DNA of 64,000 bases from Eledone cirrhosa (lineage: Eukaryota), in NCBI GenBank assembly GCA_964016885.1, contig OZ024742.1, positions 366,234,001-366,298,000 on the forward strand, in the 5' to 3' direction. The notes beneath the pieces are model-generated. The model saw only the letters and a program-made list of their open reading frames with translations. It was not told the origin of the DNA and did not search any database. This document shows, one piece after another, positions 30,556 through 46,065 of this stretch (within the stretch, counting starts at the first letter, position 1; each line of letters opens with the position of its first letter). A program made the translations under genes and the position numbers.

Positions 30556-31084
30556 GGGTGTGTCTATGGGTGTGCGCGAGTGTGTGAGTGAGTGTGTTTT
30601 GTGAATGTGTCTGTTGATTTAGGCATATAGTTGAATAGTTTAAGAGAAATTTGAGGACAATAGTAAGATATGCACTCAATATTTTGAATTTGTCTACAGA
30701 ATTCTAAACCTTTGTCACTTAGTAAAGAATTAGCTTTTAAAGAATCTCCCTTTCCTTTAAATCTATCTACCATGACTGACCCCCACTGATTTTATAGACA
30801 CCTGTTAGCTCAAGAGAATCTTAATAATAAGGATTGGCATGCCATCCTGAACCTGTTTATAGAATTCTTTCTGCTTTTGTTACTCTAAAAATAAACTATA
30901 GCTTTGTAAAATTAGCTTTTAATGAATTCTATCAACCAATGACCTACACCCATCCCACTCCCCACCCTCTCCTACCACTTGTAGGGACCTATATATACCA
31001 TACTTATTTTCTGATACCCAGATTCCTGATGATTTCTAATGAATGAAACAGTTCGAGTCCTGTAGAATCTCATCTACATTAAAA

Positions 31085-31087
<3 letters not shown>
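30556..31087 (+). mobile_element. family B element (short end) with HHR at 31020-31070
   Basis: AGATTC-CTGATGA-TTTCTAATGAAT-GAAA-CAGTTCGAGTCCTG-TA^GAATCT. Confidence 0.88.
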
Positions 31088-31178
<91 letters not shown>

Positions 31179-31274
31179 TATATATTTATAAATATATATA
31201 TATGCATCTGTGTGTATATATATGTTACTAGATATTAATTCTTTATAATTATCTCCAAAATATTTGTCGAGCAA

Positions 31275-31696
31275 TACTGGCCATGACTGCTGCTATGGTA
31301 GCAGGCAGGCCGCTGTCTTATTAACAAACCACTTTCCACTGATTGAACTCGATATCACGTGATTGATTCTTTTTGAATTTGCCACCGACGCAGAGGCAGT
31401 GATTTTCTCAATGGCTAGGAATTCAGTCCACGCTTTGCTATTTTCTATCCACTGAATTATTTTTGTATAAGTTTCCAGAGTCCCCGCTTTGCCTGGATAC
31501 TTAGCTGAGAATAGTCTTCCCTGACGACGAAATACTTCTTTATTTTTTCTTCAGAAAGTATATTTATTCCATTTCAGAAACTAATTAGTTGGGAGTGAAA
31601 TTTTAGTAAGTTAATTTTATAATTTTCTTATCTTACGTCTCTCATATTATTGTTCTGCAACCCCATGCATTGAACCACAAAGTTACTAAGACAAAA

Positions 31697-31700
<4 letters not shown>
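31275..31700 (+). mobile_element. family E element (long end) with HHR at 31516-31595
   Basis: CTTCC-CTGACGA...GAAA-CTAATTAG-TT^GGGAG; ~55 bp extension, then (TA)n. Confidence 0.85.
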
Positions 31701-31765
<65 letters not shown>

Positions 31766-31770
31766 TATAT

Positions 31771-31821
<51 letters not shown>

Positions 31822-32067
31822 TATACTATATATCTATATATATATATAATATTATACATATATATATAATATTATATACATATTTATATACAGTATTATA
31901 TATATATTTATATACAATATTATTATATATATAATAATATTATATACATATATATATTATATGTAAATATATATATATATATATATTATATGTAAATATA
32001 TATATTTATATACAATATTATTATATATATAATAATATTATATATATGTATATATATATATTATATG

Positions 32068-32116
<49 letters not shown>

Positions 32117-32121
32117 AATAT

Positions 32122-32243
<122 letters not shown>

Positions 32244-32305
32244 ACAAAAAAATATATATATGAATATATTTATATACATATACACTAACACACACACATA
32301 CGCCC

Positions 32306-32336
<31 letters not shown>

Positions 32337-32704
32337 CTGACGAAACCCTTATCACTTCCTCAGGGGCCATTATATATTCATATATTTGGAACCATTCCTA
32401 TTGTTCTCCATGTTCACTTGTTATAAAAGTTCCCTATTAGGAATTCCTATTGACAGAATCTATTGAATAGTTGCGACAACCAGCCTATGAACCTAGCGTC
32501 ATCAACCATTTAACTGGAGCCATTTATGATGGAATATCTTTGAAATCCATCATTGTGTGGGAACTGTTATTGATCCACTTCTGAGCTGGCCTCAGGTTTT
32601 GGCAATGGATTCCTTTTATTTCATCTGATATATTCCTTTACTACGACACACACACACACATATACATATATAGGGAGTGGGAGGGGAGGGCAATGAGACA
32701 CACA

Positions 32705-32775
<71 letters not shown>

Positions 32776-33099
32776 GTATATAAGAGAAATAAGATTATAT
32801 ATATTTGTATGTATATGTATATAATTAATTATCTGATAAACCTCTGGGTGCGCAGGTGAAACACCAAGTATAATATATAGACACACACATATGTGTGTAT
32901 GTGTGTGTGTACATCAGCAGGAAGTGCTCACAGTTACACATGACAAACTATCGACTGCATGTTGCCTCGTCAGCCAATATGGACTTGGAAATTTCGCGCA
33001 TTAAGATTATATCTCACTTGTGATGCTAGTTTTCCTAACAGGTTAGAGAAGTGCTTTGTTGGTAAGTTGTATACAAGACAATAATCATTTCTAATTTCT

Positions 33100-33250
33100 A
33101 ATAGGAAAGTAGATTAACTTGATCCAGTGCATGACTGGTACTTTATTCTATCAACCCCTTAAAATATAGCTAACCTCGACAGGATTTGAACTCAAAATGA
33201 AATGGGCCGCAATTCTATGTAGTACGACACATTTCCGACACTGCCAATCC
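33100..33250 (-). mobile_element. degenerate family-1 SINE
   Basis: ACTGGTACTTTATTCTATCAACCCC...AACCTCGACAGGATTTGAACTC. Confidence 0.7.
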
Positions 33251-33408
33251 AACTCCCTCGTGTGCTAGACGATAATAAAACAAAGAATGAACAAGAACAT
33301 TTATGGGTCGATAAGTACAGAGATAAATATGTAAAACATTACAACTAGAAATATATAGAGAACGGAGTTGGTATGTAAAGTGTAGAATATGTTAACTTTA
33401 GAAAGGAA

Positions 33409-33582
33409 AAGTTGAAAGATGTGGCTTTCTTTCGGAGAATGTGGTTGGGGTGTGGACCTTAAGGAAGAGTTGAAAGATGTGGCTTTCTTTCGGAGAATGT
33501 GGTTGGGGTGTGGACCTTAAGGAAGAGTTGAAAGATGTGGCTTTCTTTCGGAGAATGCGGTTGGGGTGTGGACCTTAAGGAA
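33409..33582. repeat. ~58 bp tandem repeat x3
   Basis: AGTTGAAAGATGTGGCTTTCTTTCGGAGAATG...CCTTAAGGAAG. Confidence 0.95.
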
Positions 33583-33690
33583 AGAGGGGTGAACAAGATT
33601 GATGGATGGGCAAGTGGCCAGAGATGAAGTTAAGGAGAGAACGATAGTGAGAGAAACAAGGAGAGGGTGGAAAAGGTGAAGAGAGAGAGA

Positions 33691-33762
<72 letters not shown>

Positions 33763-33906
33763 AGGAAGATAGCAGAGGAGAAATAGAAGAGCGGATGGGA
33801 TCAGCGGAATAAAATCAGAGTTTATCGAAAAATAGCGCGTTAGCGTCGTATGTGTGAATACAGGATTAACAGGGAAAATACACACACACACACACACACA
33901 CACACC

Positions 33907-33967
<61 letters not shown>

Positions 33968-34096
33968 ATATAACTGTTGTGTGTGTGACAGATTTAGTCC
34001 TTTGATCTTCCATTCATAGTGATTCCGTTTTCCTGTGATGTTGACGGAATTACTTTCAAATGTGCTCGAGTCTATGTACCAATAATTAACATGGCT

Positions 34097-34192
<96 letters not shown>

Positions 34193-34205
34193 TATAAATA
34201 TTTAT

Positions 34206-34242
<37 letters not shown>

Positions 34243-34282
34243 AATATATAAATATTTATATATATATATATATACAAATATG

Positions 34283-34325
<43 letters not shown>

Positions 34326-34327
34326 TG

Positions 34328-34413
<86 letters not shown>

Positions 34414-34470
34414 TATATATAAATATATATATAAATATGTATATATATATATATGATATATATATATATA

Positions 34471-34862
34471 TATTGTTATGCTTTGGGAGGGTCATGTTGC
34501 CAATAAGAAACACACGCAGCAGTTGCTTTAACTCCAATTTATTATAAACGATGGCGTAGGACAGAACAAAGGAGAGGGACAAAACAAAGTAAAGAATCCC
34601 CGGTCACTGAAGAGGTCACAGAATGTGTGACGAAAGAACTTTGACAATAGATGAACAACCGTCCGGTTATGGAACCAACCAACCAACCAACCAACCGGAA
34701 ATTTATAAATTCTTAAATTTATAAATTTAATTTATAATAAATTGGAGTGAAAGCAACTGGTGCGTGTGTTAATATTGGCAACATGACCCTCCCAAAGTAT
34801 AACAATATCGGTTTCAACACACGTTTTCAGATAAGGAATCTTGCTAAACAAATTCAGAAACG

Positions 34863-34865
<3 letters not shown>
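34471..34865 (+). mobile_element. fold-back element (arms ~34472-34547 / 34732-34807, right extension) with HHR at 34603-34645
   Basis: GTCA-CTGAAGA-gGTCACAgaatgTGTGAC-GAAA-GAAC-TT^TGAC. Confidence 0.82.
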
Positions 34866-34895
<30 letters not shown>

Positions 34896-34908
34896 TATAT
34901 AGATATAT

Positions 34909-35110
34909 AAGCTAAGAGATATTTAATTTGTTGTTAATTCAACAAATATATTTATAACAGATTCGAAGCACTCGACATATTTTCTGGAGTATAATATCAA
35001 TGATATTAATAAATGGAAACTATATTTATAAAACCATATTTATTCAATTATATATATTTCAAGGGTACCAAAACTTTGGTACGCCCTCATCAGATAAAAT
35101 ACGAAATTTG
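34909..35110 (-). mobile_element. family L element with HHR at 35042-35100
   Basis: TTTTAT-CTGATGA-GGGCGTACCAAA..TTTGGTACCCTT-GAAA-TATATA-TA^ATTGAA; homologous to 63145-63340. Confidence 0.8.
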
Positions 35111-35167
35111 TTTTATAAATAGTGACATATATATATGACATTTATAAATAGTGACACACACACACAC

Positions 35168-35814
<647 letters not shown>

Positions 35815-35899
35815 ATATATATATATATATGTGCATGTATGTATATATATATACAAACTACTGTACGTCTGTATACATATATGTATGTACGTATACATA

Positions 35900-35967
<68 letters not shown>

Positions 35968-36344
35968 TGTGTGTGTGTGTGTTTGTGTGTACGAATTTTG
36001 TATCCTGTCAGCATAACAAGCTTATGAAATACTTGTCAAATATTATGAGGTGTTATTTATTAAAACTATAGATTAACTGTTTCTAGTCTCTATAGTTAAG
36101 TTATGTTATTTGTTGTTACGGTTCAGATCTGTGTACGTTTTATTGGGTTAGTAGATTCCATCACTTATGTGATTTCTGGAGTGGTTGAATAATAGGGGCC
36201 ACAGTTTTGTTTTGAAAAGCTTTTAAAAAGGGGTTTCGGATATTTGCTTTGTGTGTGTGACAGTTCACACCTATGCAGGTTTAGCTGGCCTCCACCAAGG
36301 TATATCTCGTTGGAGGTGTCTTGGGTGATTTAATGATAGGGACC

Positions 36345-36503
36345 CCAGTACTATCATCTCATTTCTACAGCTGAGTAAACTGGAAAATCGTGAAATAAAG
36401 TGTCTTGCTCAAGGAAAAAACACATCACCCGGCCCAAGAATTGAACTAACAACCTTTCGATTGAAAGCCCAATGCTCTAACCAGTAAGCCATGCGCCTCC
36501 ACA
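36345..36503 (-). mobile_element. tRNA head plus CORE-like SINE, family 2
   Basis: Minus strand GTGGAGGCGCATGGCTTACTGGTTAGAGC...GTTCAATTC...CCTTGAGCAAGACACTT...CTCAGCTGTAGAAATG. Confidence 0.8.
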
Positions 36504-36863
36504 AGACCAGCAACTGGTACTGTTTTTTATCTCTTCTTCCGAAGAATGAAAGACAAAAGCTGACTCCTGGTGGTATTTTAACACAAAATATAATGGGTCA
36601 GAAGGAATATTTCTAAAGTGTTCATATTCAATACACTAACCACTCTGTCACAACACCCCTTTAATTTTATTTGCAATAACTTCAGTCATTTGACTCGGAA
36701 CAGCGAAGACCAGAGGAAAGATGACGAAAGATGGCGGCTGTGTTTGAATATGGCCGAGGATGACGGAGAAAAGTTTATAATAAATAAAGCAATTATTAAA
36801 TAAATGAATACATAATGATGAAATATGATGTAATATACACTGGAAAATATATGCATACATTGT

Positions 36864-36931
<68 letters not shown>

Positions 36932-37179
36932 CCTCAACAGAGCATATATATATATATATATATATTGGAGATATATATATATTGGAGACTAGTTGTATCT
37001 CTCCGCTGCTGATATAATCTAAACGGCGGCCAGCAATTTGTTGATCTGCCAGTGACTGGCCTCTGTTACGTTGGTAACTAACACTGACCAGATGTGGAGA
37101 GGAAAGATAAACACTTTAATGGACAATAAATGAGGAACGACACTATTGTTATAATATTGTCTTATGGATCTCTTATGGA

Positions 37180-39537
37180 TTGATGTTGTTGTTACTGTTG
37201 GTGGTGGTGTTGGTGGTGTTGGTGGTGTTGGGGGTGGTGGTGTTGGGGGTGTTGGTGTTGGGGGTGTTGGGGGTGGTGGTGTTGGGGGTGTTGGGGGTGG
37301 TGGTGTTGGTAGTGTTGGTGGTGGTGTTGGTGTTGGGGGTGGTGGTAGTGTGGGTGGTGGTGTTGGTGGTGTTGGTGGTGTTGGTGGTGTTGGTGGTGTT
37401 GGTGTTGGGGGTGGTGGTGTTGGTGGTGTTGGTGGTGTTGGTGGTGTTGGTGGTGTTGGTGTTGGGGGTGGTGGTGTTGGTAGTGTTGGTGGTGGTGTTG
37501 GTGTTGGGGGTGGTGGTGTTGGGGGTGTTGGTGTTGGGGGTGTTGGGGGTGGTGGTGTTGGGGGTGTTGGGGGTGGTGGTGTTGGTAGTGTTGGTGGTGG
37601 TGTTGGTGTTGGGGGTGGTGGTAGTGTGGGTGGTGGTGTTGGTGGTGTTGGTGGTGTTGGTGGTGTTGGTGGTGTTGGTGGTGTTGGTGTTGGGGGTGGT
37701 GGTGTTGGTGGTGTTGGTGGTGGTGTTGGTGGTGTTGTTGTTGGTGTTGTTGGTGGTGTTGGTGGTGTTGGTGGTGTTGGTCGTGTTGGTGTTGGGGGTG
37801 GTGATGTTGGTGGTGTTGGTGGTGTTGGTGGTGTTGGGGGTGGTGTTGGTGGTGTTGGTGGTGTTGGTGGTGTTGGTGGTGGTGTTGGTGGTGGTAGTGT
37901 GGGTGGTGGAGTTGGTGGTGTTGTTGGTGGTGTTGGTGGTGTTGGTGGTGTTGGTGGTGTTGGTGTTGGGGGTGGTGATGTTGGTGGTGTTGGTGGTGTT
38001 GGTGGTGTTGGGGGTGGTGTTGGTGGTGTTGGTGGTGTTGGTGGTGTTGGTGGTGGTGTTGGTGGTGGTAGTGTGGGTGGTGGAGTTGGTGGTGTTGGTG
38101 GTGGTGGTGGTGTTGGTGGTGTGGGTGTTGGTAGTGTGGGTGGTGGAGTTGGTGGTGTTGGTGGTGTGGGTGTTGGTAGTGTGGGTGGTGGTGTTGGTAG
38201 TGGTGGTGGTGTTGGTAGTGTTGGTGGTGTGGGTGTTGGGGGTGGTGGTGTTGGTGGTGTGGGTGGTGTTGGTGTTGGGGGGTGGGTAGGTGTGTGGGGG
38301 GTAGTGGGGGTGGTGGTGTTGGTAGTGGTGTTGGTGGTGGTGTTGGTAGTGTTGGTGTTGTGGGTGGTGTTGGTGGTGTTGGTGTTGGGGGTGGTGGTAG
38401 TGTGGGTGGTGGTGTTGGTGGTGGTGGTGTGGGTGGTGGTAGTGGGGTGGTGGTGTTGGTAGTGTCGGTGGTGTTGGTGGTGTGGGTGTTGGGGGTGGTG
38501 GTAGTGTGGGTGGTGGTGTTGGTGGTGGTGGTGTGGGTGGTGGTAGTGGGGTGGTGGTGTTGGTAGTGTCGGTGGTGTTGGTGGTGTGGGTGTTGGTAGT
38601 GTGGGTGGTGGTAGTGTCGGTGGTGTTGGTGGTGGTGGTGTGGGTGGTGGTAGTGTGGGTGGTGGTGTTGGTAGTGTTGGTGGTGGTGGTGGTGGTGGTG
38701 GTGTGGGTGGTGTTGGTGGGGGTGGTGTTGGTGTTGGGGGGGTGTTGGGGGGGGGGGGGTGTTGGAGGTGATGGTGTTGGTGGTGGTGGTGTTGGTAGTG
38801 TTGGTGGTGGTGGTGGTGGTGGTGGTGTGGGTGGCGGTGTGGTGTTGGGGGTGGTGGTGTTGGTGGGGGTGGTGTTGGGGGTAGTGGTGTTGGGGGTGGT
38901 GGTGTTGGTAGTGTTGGTGGTGTTGGTAGTGTTGCTGTTGTTGGTGGTGGTGGTGTGGGTGGTGGTGTGGGTGGTGGTGTTGGTGGTGGTGGTGGTGGTG
39001 GTGCGGGTGGTGGTGTTGGTGTTGGGGGTGGTGGTGATGGTGGGTGTGGTGTTGGGGCTGGTGGTGTTGATGGTGGTGGTGTTGGTGGTGGTGGTGTTGG
39101 TAGTGTTGGTGGTGTTGGTGGTGGTGTTGTGGCGGTGGTGTTGGTAGTGTTGGTGGTGTTGGTGGTGGTGTTGTGGCGGTGGTGGTGGTAGTGTTGGTGG
39201 TGTTGGTGGTGGTGTTGTGGCGGTGGTGTTGGTAGTGTTGGTGGTGTTGGTGGTGTTGGTGGTGGTGTTGGTGGTGTTGGTGGTGGTGTTGGTGGTGGTG
39301 TTCGTGTTGGTGATGTTGTGGTTGTGTTACTGTGCTGTGGTTGATGTTGTTGTTGTTACTGTGGTTGGAGGCGTTGGCGGTGTTGGTGGTAGTGTTGGTG
39401 GTGTTGGTGGTGGTGTTGGTGGTGGTGTTGTTGTTACTGTGTTGTTGTTGTTATGGTTGTGGTGGTTATTGTTCTTATCTTGTTTTTTATTGTGGTTTTG
39501 TTGCTGTTGCTTACATGGTAGTGGCTGTTGTAGTTGC

Positions 39538-39571
<34 letters not shown>

Positions 39572-39666
39572 GCTGTTGATGTAGTTGCTGTTGATGCTGT
39601 TGATGTTGTTGTTGTTGTTGTTGTTGTTGCTGTTGTTGTTGTTGCTGTTTTTGTTGTTGTTGTTGC

Positions 39667-39715
<49 letters not shown>

Positions 39716-39770
39716 GCTGATGTTGTTGTTGTTGTTGTTGTTGCTTTTGTTGTTGTTGTTGTTGCTGTTT
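37180..39770. repeat. G/T-rich trinucleotide block (GGT/GTT/GGG, then GTT/GCT)
   Basis: Seen directly; source of the Gly/Val and poly-Q/L ORFs. Confidence 0.95.
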
Positions 39771-39864
39771 CTTATCTATCACTGATACAGTACAGTTATT
39801 CAATAACCTATGTAATAATATAGCTGTACAGATAACTGGCGTTCTGTGTACCCGACCTACCTCG

Positions 39865-40145
39865 CTACTTACTGTTGTCATGGTCCCTGATCCAGATCCC
39901 TATTACTAACGTCATGGTCCCTTATTTAGTCCCTACTTACTGGTGTCAGCGTCTGTGATTCAGTTCCCTACTTACTGGTATCATGGTCCCTGATTCAGTC
40001 CCTACTTACTGTTGTCATGGTCCCTGATTCAGTCCCTACTTACTGTTGTCATGGTCCCTGATTCAGTCCCTACTTACAGTTATCATGGTCCCTGTTTCAG
40101 GTCCCTACTTACTGTTGTCATGGTCCCTGACCCAGCTCCCTACTC
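39865..40145. repeat. ~34 bp minisatellite TACTTACTGTTGTCATGGTCCCTGATTCAGTCCC
   Basis: About 8 diverged units. Confidence 0.92.
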
Positions 40146-40573
40146 TCAGTCATCGGAATTGAGTTGGACATTCGCAAGAACGAACATCAGGACGTGAACT
40201 AGCTTTGCAGCGCCCCTGCCCCACTACTCACTGTGCTGGGAACATCTGGTATCCTTCATATTCGAACCACTTTATCATCTTTTACTTAGATCAGGATGAA
40301 GATGGCCGTCTGCATGAACGAGCCCCACGCGTTGTACTGTTGGCTCTTTCAGCGCCTTACCACGCCATTCTCCTGGGTATCACATTTACTAAATCCGCAA
40401 CTCTCTCCCCACCCGAGCACCACAAACTAACAACAATAGATACAATTGATCATATTTCTGTTACTTGATGGTTTAGTAGATTATCTAGCAATACACTTCC
40501 ACAAAAATACAGAACCCCCCCCCCCCCCCCCTCTTCCGCTAAATCTCCTCCTATCTCAACCATCCTTATTATT

Positions 40574-40760
40574 TTGGCCGTATCAGTAGAGGGTCGGACG
40601 CCATATTTTGCAGCATAGAGTTACGGCCCTTTATGATCTGAGTTCAAATACCGCCGAGGTAAACTTTGCATTTCATCGTTACGGGGTCGATAAAATAAAG
40701 TACCAGTAATACACTGGGTAATTGCTGGCCTTGTGTCAAAAGTAGAAACAATTATTATGA
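40574..40760 (+). mobile_element. tRNA-derived SINE, family 1
   Basis: Full unit. Confidence 0.9.
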
Positions 40761-41229
40761 TTATTACTATTGCGTTGTTCTTTGTGAGATCTCTCCTTCA
40801 TTCTTTCTCTCTATCCCTCTTCCCTCTCTCTATCCCCCATCTCTCTCTCGCTAAATCTGTCAGCATTTCAAACATCCTCTCATCCTACCTCTTCAACTAT
40901 TAATCTATCTCGTTCACCCTCTCACTCACCCTCTCACTCACCCTTTCACTCACCCTCTCACTCAACCTCTTCAACAATTATATCCATATTTACCTTCTTC
41001 TCTAACTCTCAACTTACCCCTTACTATCTTCCAAAGAATATCGATAGATAGGTTGAGGAGCAAGTAGACGACCTGTCGCAGGAGAAAGAGTTCCGACGTC
41101 TAGAACCCCTGGCACATGCCGTATCATGGTTCCAGTGTTACTCTGGAAATTGTTGTGGTGAAGGGAGTATTAATTGTACTATACACAGGACAGGACCTTC
41201 TCCTGATGAGGCCCTCAACTATATGAAAT

Positions 41230-41317
41230 TTGAGGCCCTTCTCTAAAATATTGGGTTAAACCAAATTTAAAATAGTTATACATGATCAATATTTTTTTAA
41301 TTCATGTTAATGATAAA

Positions 41318-41365
<48 letters not shown>

Positions 41366-42700
41366 CACACAATGAGTTAGAAACTTTGTTGGTATTTTCA
41401 TCCTTAGCATTATACATAGAAATCTTCCCAAAATTGCCGGAGGAATCGTGACGATGCACTTTTTATAGTAAATCACCATAGTAATAGTGCCATTAATAGG
41501 AAAAAGGAAATTATAATTGACTTTTTTAATAATTATGACCTTAAACTAGAAATCGAAATCAATGATAAAATAGTCAATTTTCCAGACATTACCTTAAATC
41601 TTAAATCTAGCCTCTACTATCCATTCTATAAGTTAAATGAAAACCTAAATTATGTTAGTTTCTTTTCCAACCACCATCGAAACGTCAAGAAAGCTATAGT
41701 TAATAGTGTTCAACTTAGAATTTCTAGACTCTCTGCTAATAAAGTTATATTTGACAATAAGGCAGAATAATACAATGAGGCCCTATATAGGGCAGGCTAC
41801 TCCAATAAAATTAATTGCATAAATAAAGATAATTATACCCCCTATTATAAAAGAAATAATTCATCTAATATTAATAACATAAATAAATCTTATAACCAGC
41901 ATAACTTACATATAAACCAAATTAACAAATCGAATATAAAAAACCAGATCCCATTCTATAATATGGTACTCTCCACCAATATCCTTAGGAATCAAAACCA
42001 GTTTAGCACAACAGTTCTTTAGCGCTCTCGATAAATGTTTCCCTAGAACCCATAAATATTACCAGATTTTTAACAGACATACTATCAAACTATTATACTA
42101 ACTATGACTATTGCCCAGAATATAGCAACAATTAATAATAGGAATCTTAAAACGAATAAATAGAAATAACCCCCATCACTAACAATAGTAATATTGATAA
42201 TAGCATAAGCAATAATAATAGCATACACTTTAATAGCAGAGCTGTGTCATCAAATAATAACATAAAGAATTCTAATTGTAAGAACAGTCTATCTTGTCCG
42301 TTAAATAATAACTTCCGAGACCGTAATCTAATGTATAAATGCATTGTTAAAACTAATGATAAGTCGTATAACTATATAGCTGCTACTTCATCTAAATTTA
42401 AAGGAAGATGGTATAACCATACGCATACATTTAAACAATTGGATAAGAAATTCTCAACTTCCCTATCTCAATTAATATGATCTCTAAAAAGCAAAAACAT
42501 AGATTACTCAGTATCTTGGCAGAAGCTAGATAACGCATCACCATATGTTAACTCTTCTATCTCTAAATTTGTAACCTTTGTAATATTGAAATTCTTCATA
42601 TTATTAGTAAATCAAAATCTATTATTAATCAAAGCAATGAAATATTTAGCGGCTGTTTACACAGAATTTACAGATCATTTCACAGAATATATAGCTAAAT
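41230..42700 (+). mobile_element. degenerate Penelope-like element (RT C-terminal part, thumb, GIY-YIG)
   Basis: NRDDAL, DITLNL..YYPFYKLNENLNYV..SNH, IWYSPP, CKNSLSCPL..MYKC..YIAATSSKFKGRWYNH, CNLC; many stops and frameshifts. Confidence 0.85.
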
Positions 42701-42810
42701 TTATATTTGTATTATGTATATGATTGACTTAATTGTCATCTATATATAGATATATAGATATAATTATGGGTTCTCTTAGGTATATCGTAACAACATAATA
42801 AGTGGCATTA

Positions 42811-42990
42811 TTGGCAGTATCGGTAGAGGGTCGGACACCATGCTTTCCAGCATAGTTACGTCCCTTTATGGTCTGAGTTCAAATCCCTCCGAGGTTAACT
42901 TTGCCTTTCATCCTTACGGGGTCGATAAAATAAAGTACCAGTAATGCACTGGGTAATTGCTGGCCGTGTGCCAAAAGTAGAAACAATTAT
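42811..42990 (+). mobile_element. tRNA-derived SINE, family 1
   Basis: Full unit. Confidence 0.92.
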
Positions 42991-43894
42991 TTATATTCAT
43001 TGGCATAATATATTCTATATATTATGCTTACATTATAGGGCCACAATAATAAATTATTAAAATAATATAATTTTTATTATAATCTGAGAAAAAAAGAAGA
43101 AAGAAACAAAAAAAGAAGAATTAGAAGAAGAAGAAGATAAGCATTTGTTGTTTGCGTTGTTGTTGTTGTCGTTGCTGCTGGTTGGCTCTCATCCAGACTG
43201 ATCTTTAATTGAAAATGTCCTTGTCATGTCTATCTCATCTTTCAAACACCGTCTATCTTGGACTACAATGTCTTTTGCACTCTTCACTATTTCTGAATAT
43301 ATGGTATGTAACGGAGGTAGTCTGGCTGCTATTTCTAGTATGTGTAGAGACCACTAAGAGACGAAGGAGATATGAATTAGAAGATAACAGTTTGTGTTAA
43401 TCTAATTAAAGGTATGCAAGGACACGTACACCTGTGTCCACCTGTATGTGTATGTATGTACGTGTATGTATGTGTGTGTGTGTATGTATGAGTATGTATG
43501 TATGTGTATGTATGTGTGTGTGTGTATGTATGTGTGTGTATGTATGTGTGTGTATGTACGTGTGTGTGTGTATGTATGTGCATGTATGTGTGTGTATGTA
43601 TGTGTGTGTATGTATGTATGTGTGTGTGTGTATGTATGTGTATGTATGTGTGTGTATGTATGTGTGTGTATGTATGTGTGTGTGTGTATGTGTGTGTATG
43701 TATGTGTGTGTATGTATGTGTGTGTATGTATGTGTGTATGTCTGTTTACAGCGGTGTGTGTTTATATGACTTAGTAAATGTGTAGGTGTAGAGTGTGTTA
43801 TTGTGAAAGTGTGTATGGATATGTATCTCTCTCTACCCCCATCCCTCTCTCTCTCTCTCCCTATCTCATTCTCTGGTCCTCTGTATATATATAT

Positions 43895-43927
<33 letters not shown>

Positions 43928-44106
43928 GGAGAGGGAGAGAGAGCAAGGGAGAGTAAGAAATAGAGAGAGAGGGTAGAGAGAGGGTAGAGAGATGGCACTT
44001 GAAATGTAGTCCTTCCGCATGTAAATGTAGATAAAAATAAGGAGTCGGTGTTATTTTGGACGACTACATTTCAAATTTTCCATGTCTGGAAAGACAACCA
44101 AATGTG

Positions 44107-44189
<83 letters not shown>

Positions 44190-44564
44190 ATGTGTATGTT
44201 TTAATTATGACAGCAGTATGAGTATGTATATATATTTATGTAAACCACTGCAATTGTGGACGTCAACGTGTGTTTCTTAGTGAGTGTGTGAATCTGTATC
44301 AGCGTGTGGATATGTCTATATGTGGTGTGTGTACGTGTGTGGTGTGTGTGTGAGTGTGTGTCTATATATGTATGTGTGTCAGTGTGTCTCCTACAGTCAA
44401 CGCCCACGCCGATTCAGTTTACATTTCAGATGGTTCAACAAATACAAAATATTTATCGATTCCGCACCGAATTTTCCCCCTGTCACCGTTGCCATGCCAA
44501 CAACAGTGGAACATGATTTATGTGCAGTATATATGTACATTATTTTCATGCATACATATATATG

Positions 44565-44606
<42 letters not shown>

Positions 44607-44712
44607 TGTATGCATGTATGTATATGTATATATATATTTACATATATATATATTTATATTTATGTAAATATATATATATATACATATACATAATACATGA
44701 ATAAATATATAC

Positions 44713-44799
<87 letters not shown>

Positions 44800-45442
44800 T
44801 ATATATATGCATGTATGTATGTATGTATAATTATCTATTTCCATACACAAATACACAATCATAGGCATATATACACAAATACATTAGGCATACACATACA
44901 CACACGCACACATATATATATACAAACATATACAACTAAATATACAACTATATGCTTAGGCTTATATATACATATAGGCATACAGGCACCCATACATGAG
45001 TATATACACACACATGTATATCTATATGTATGTTTATGAATAGATACACAGACACCCTTACATAAAGTATTTAAAAGTAAATATTTCACTGCTACAAATA
45101 TATTTCACATCTGACGCTCCTCACGTAATAAAACAACACCATTGTTCCTGTAGAGTTAATAAGGCTAGCTAGTGCTGAGACAGCAGAGAAAACAAGGAGA
45201 GGTACTTATTAAATATTAGGGAATATTTACTTCTGTAGTAACAATGGAATGGTACTATCTCAATTATTTTAAATAAAGAACACATTCTAGAACATGTGTT
45301 TGTCTATGTTTAACCCCTTGGCTACCAACCTGTCAAAAGTCGTTTGTGTTTTTCGAAACAAAACAGTTTTAAAGTGTTTCTATTCAAATTAAAATATTCC
45401 AACATAATGTTATATAAGAATAATTTGCTTTGGTAAAAATAT

Positions 45443-45675
45443 CAATCCAATCTAGGGTTATCTCATCCTTGTTGAAGGAACCCTCTCCCTGGGTGACCTC
45501 CATCTAAACTAGGGTTATCTCACCCTTGTTGGAGGAACCCCTCACTGGTTGACTTCCATCCAATCTAGGGTTATCTCTCTCCTGTTGAAGGAACCTCTCC
45601 CTGGTTGTCCTACACCCAATCTAGAGTTATCTCACCCCTGTTGGAAGAACCCCTCCCTGGTTGACCTCCATCCAT
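45443..45675. repeat. ~55 bp tandem repeat x4
   Basis: CCAATCTAGGGTTATCTCACCCTTGTTGGAGGAACCCTC... Confidence 0.9.
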
Positions 45676-45846
45676 GTGGCGGTGGCAGTGGTGGTAGTGT
45701 TGATGGTGGTGGCGACTGCAGTGGTGGTGGTGGCAAGAAAATTCGATCGAGGTTTTTGCGTATAATTTCTGGTAGGAGAACCTTCCTACCTACTTGTGGG
45801 CTTTGTATAAACCTATTACAGCCTCACCCCAAAGAAAAGCAGTGGA

Positions 45847-46065
45847 TTGGCAGTATCAGTAGAGCGTCAGACAGCATGCTTTGTGACACAGAGTTATGGC
45901 TCTGTAAGTCCTGCTATTAAATCCCACCTCCGAGGTTAGTTTTGCCTTTCATTTTTTCAAGGTCGATAAATAAAGTATAAAGTACCAGTAGCACACTGGG
46001 GTTGATTTAATCGACCCCCCCCCCCCGTCAGACTGCTGGCCTTGTACCAAAGGTAGAAACAATAC
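45847..46065 (+). mobile_element. tRNA-derived SINE, family 1 variant
   Basis: Diverged full unit. Confidence 0.8.

Noticed and set aside
32337-32372. CTGAGGA (minus) / CTGACGAAAC (plus) next to (TA)n
   Set aside because: Truncated; no complete three-stem fold.
37164-39881. Gly/Val-rich or poly-Q structural protein gene
   Set aside because: Trinucleotide repeat with frame breaks and no signal peptide or unique coding flank; cannot be fully excluded without RNA data.
40290-40376. Possible plus-strand exon (TTTTACTTAG ... GG|GTATCA)
   Set aside because: Weak donor, no recognisable protein and no partner exons.
41197-41240. CTGATGA-GGCC hairpin as an HHR
   Set aside because: No GAAA follows the stem II hairpin; at most a truncated remnant.
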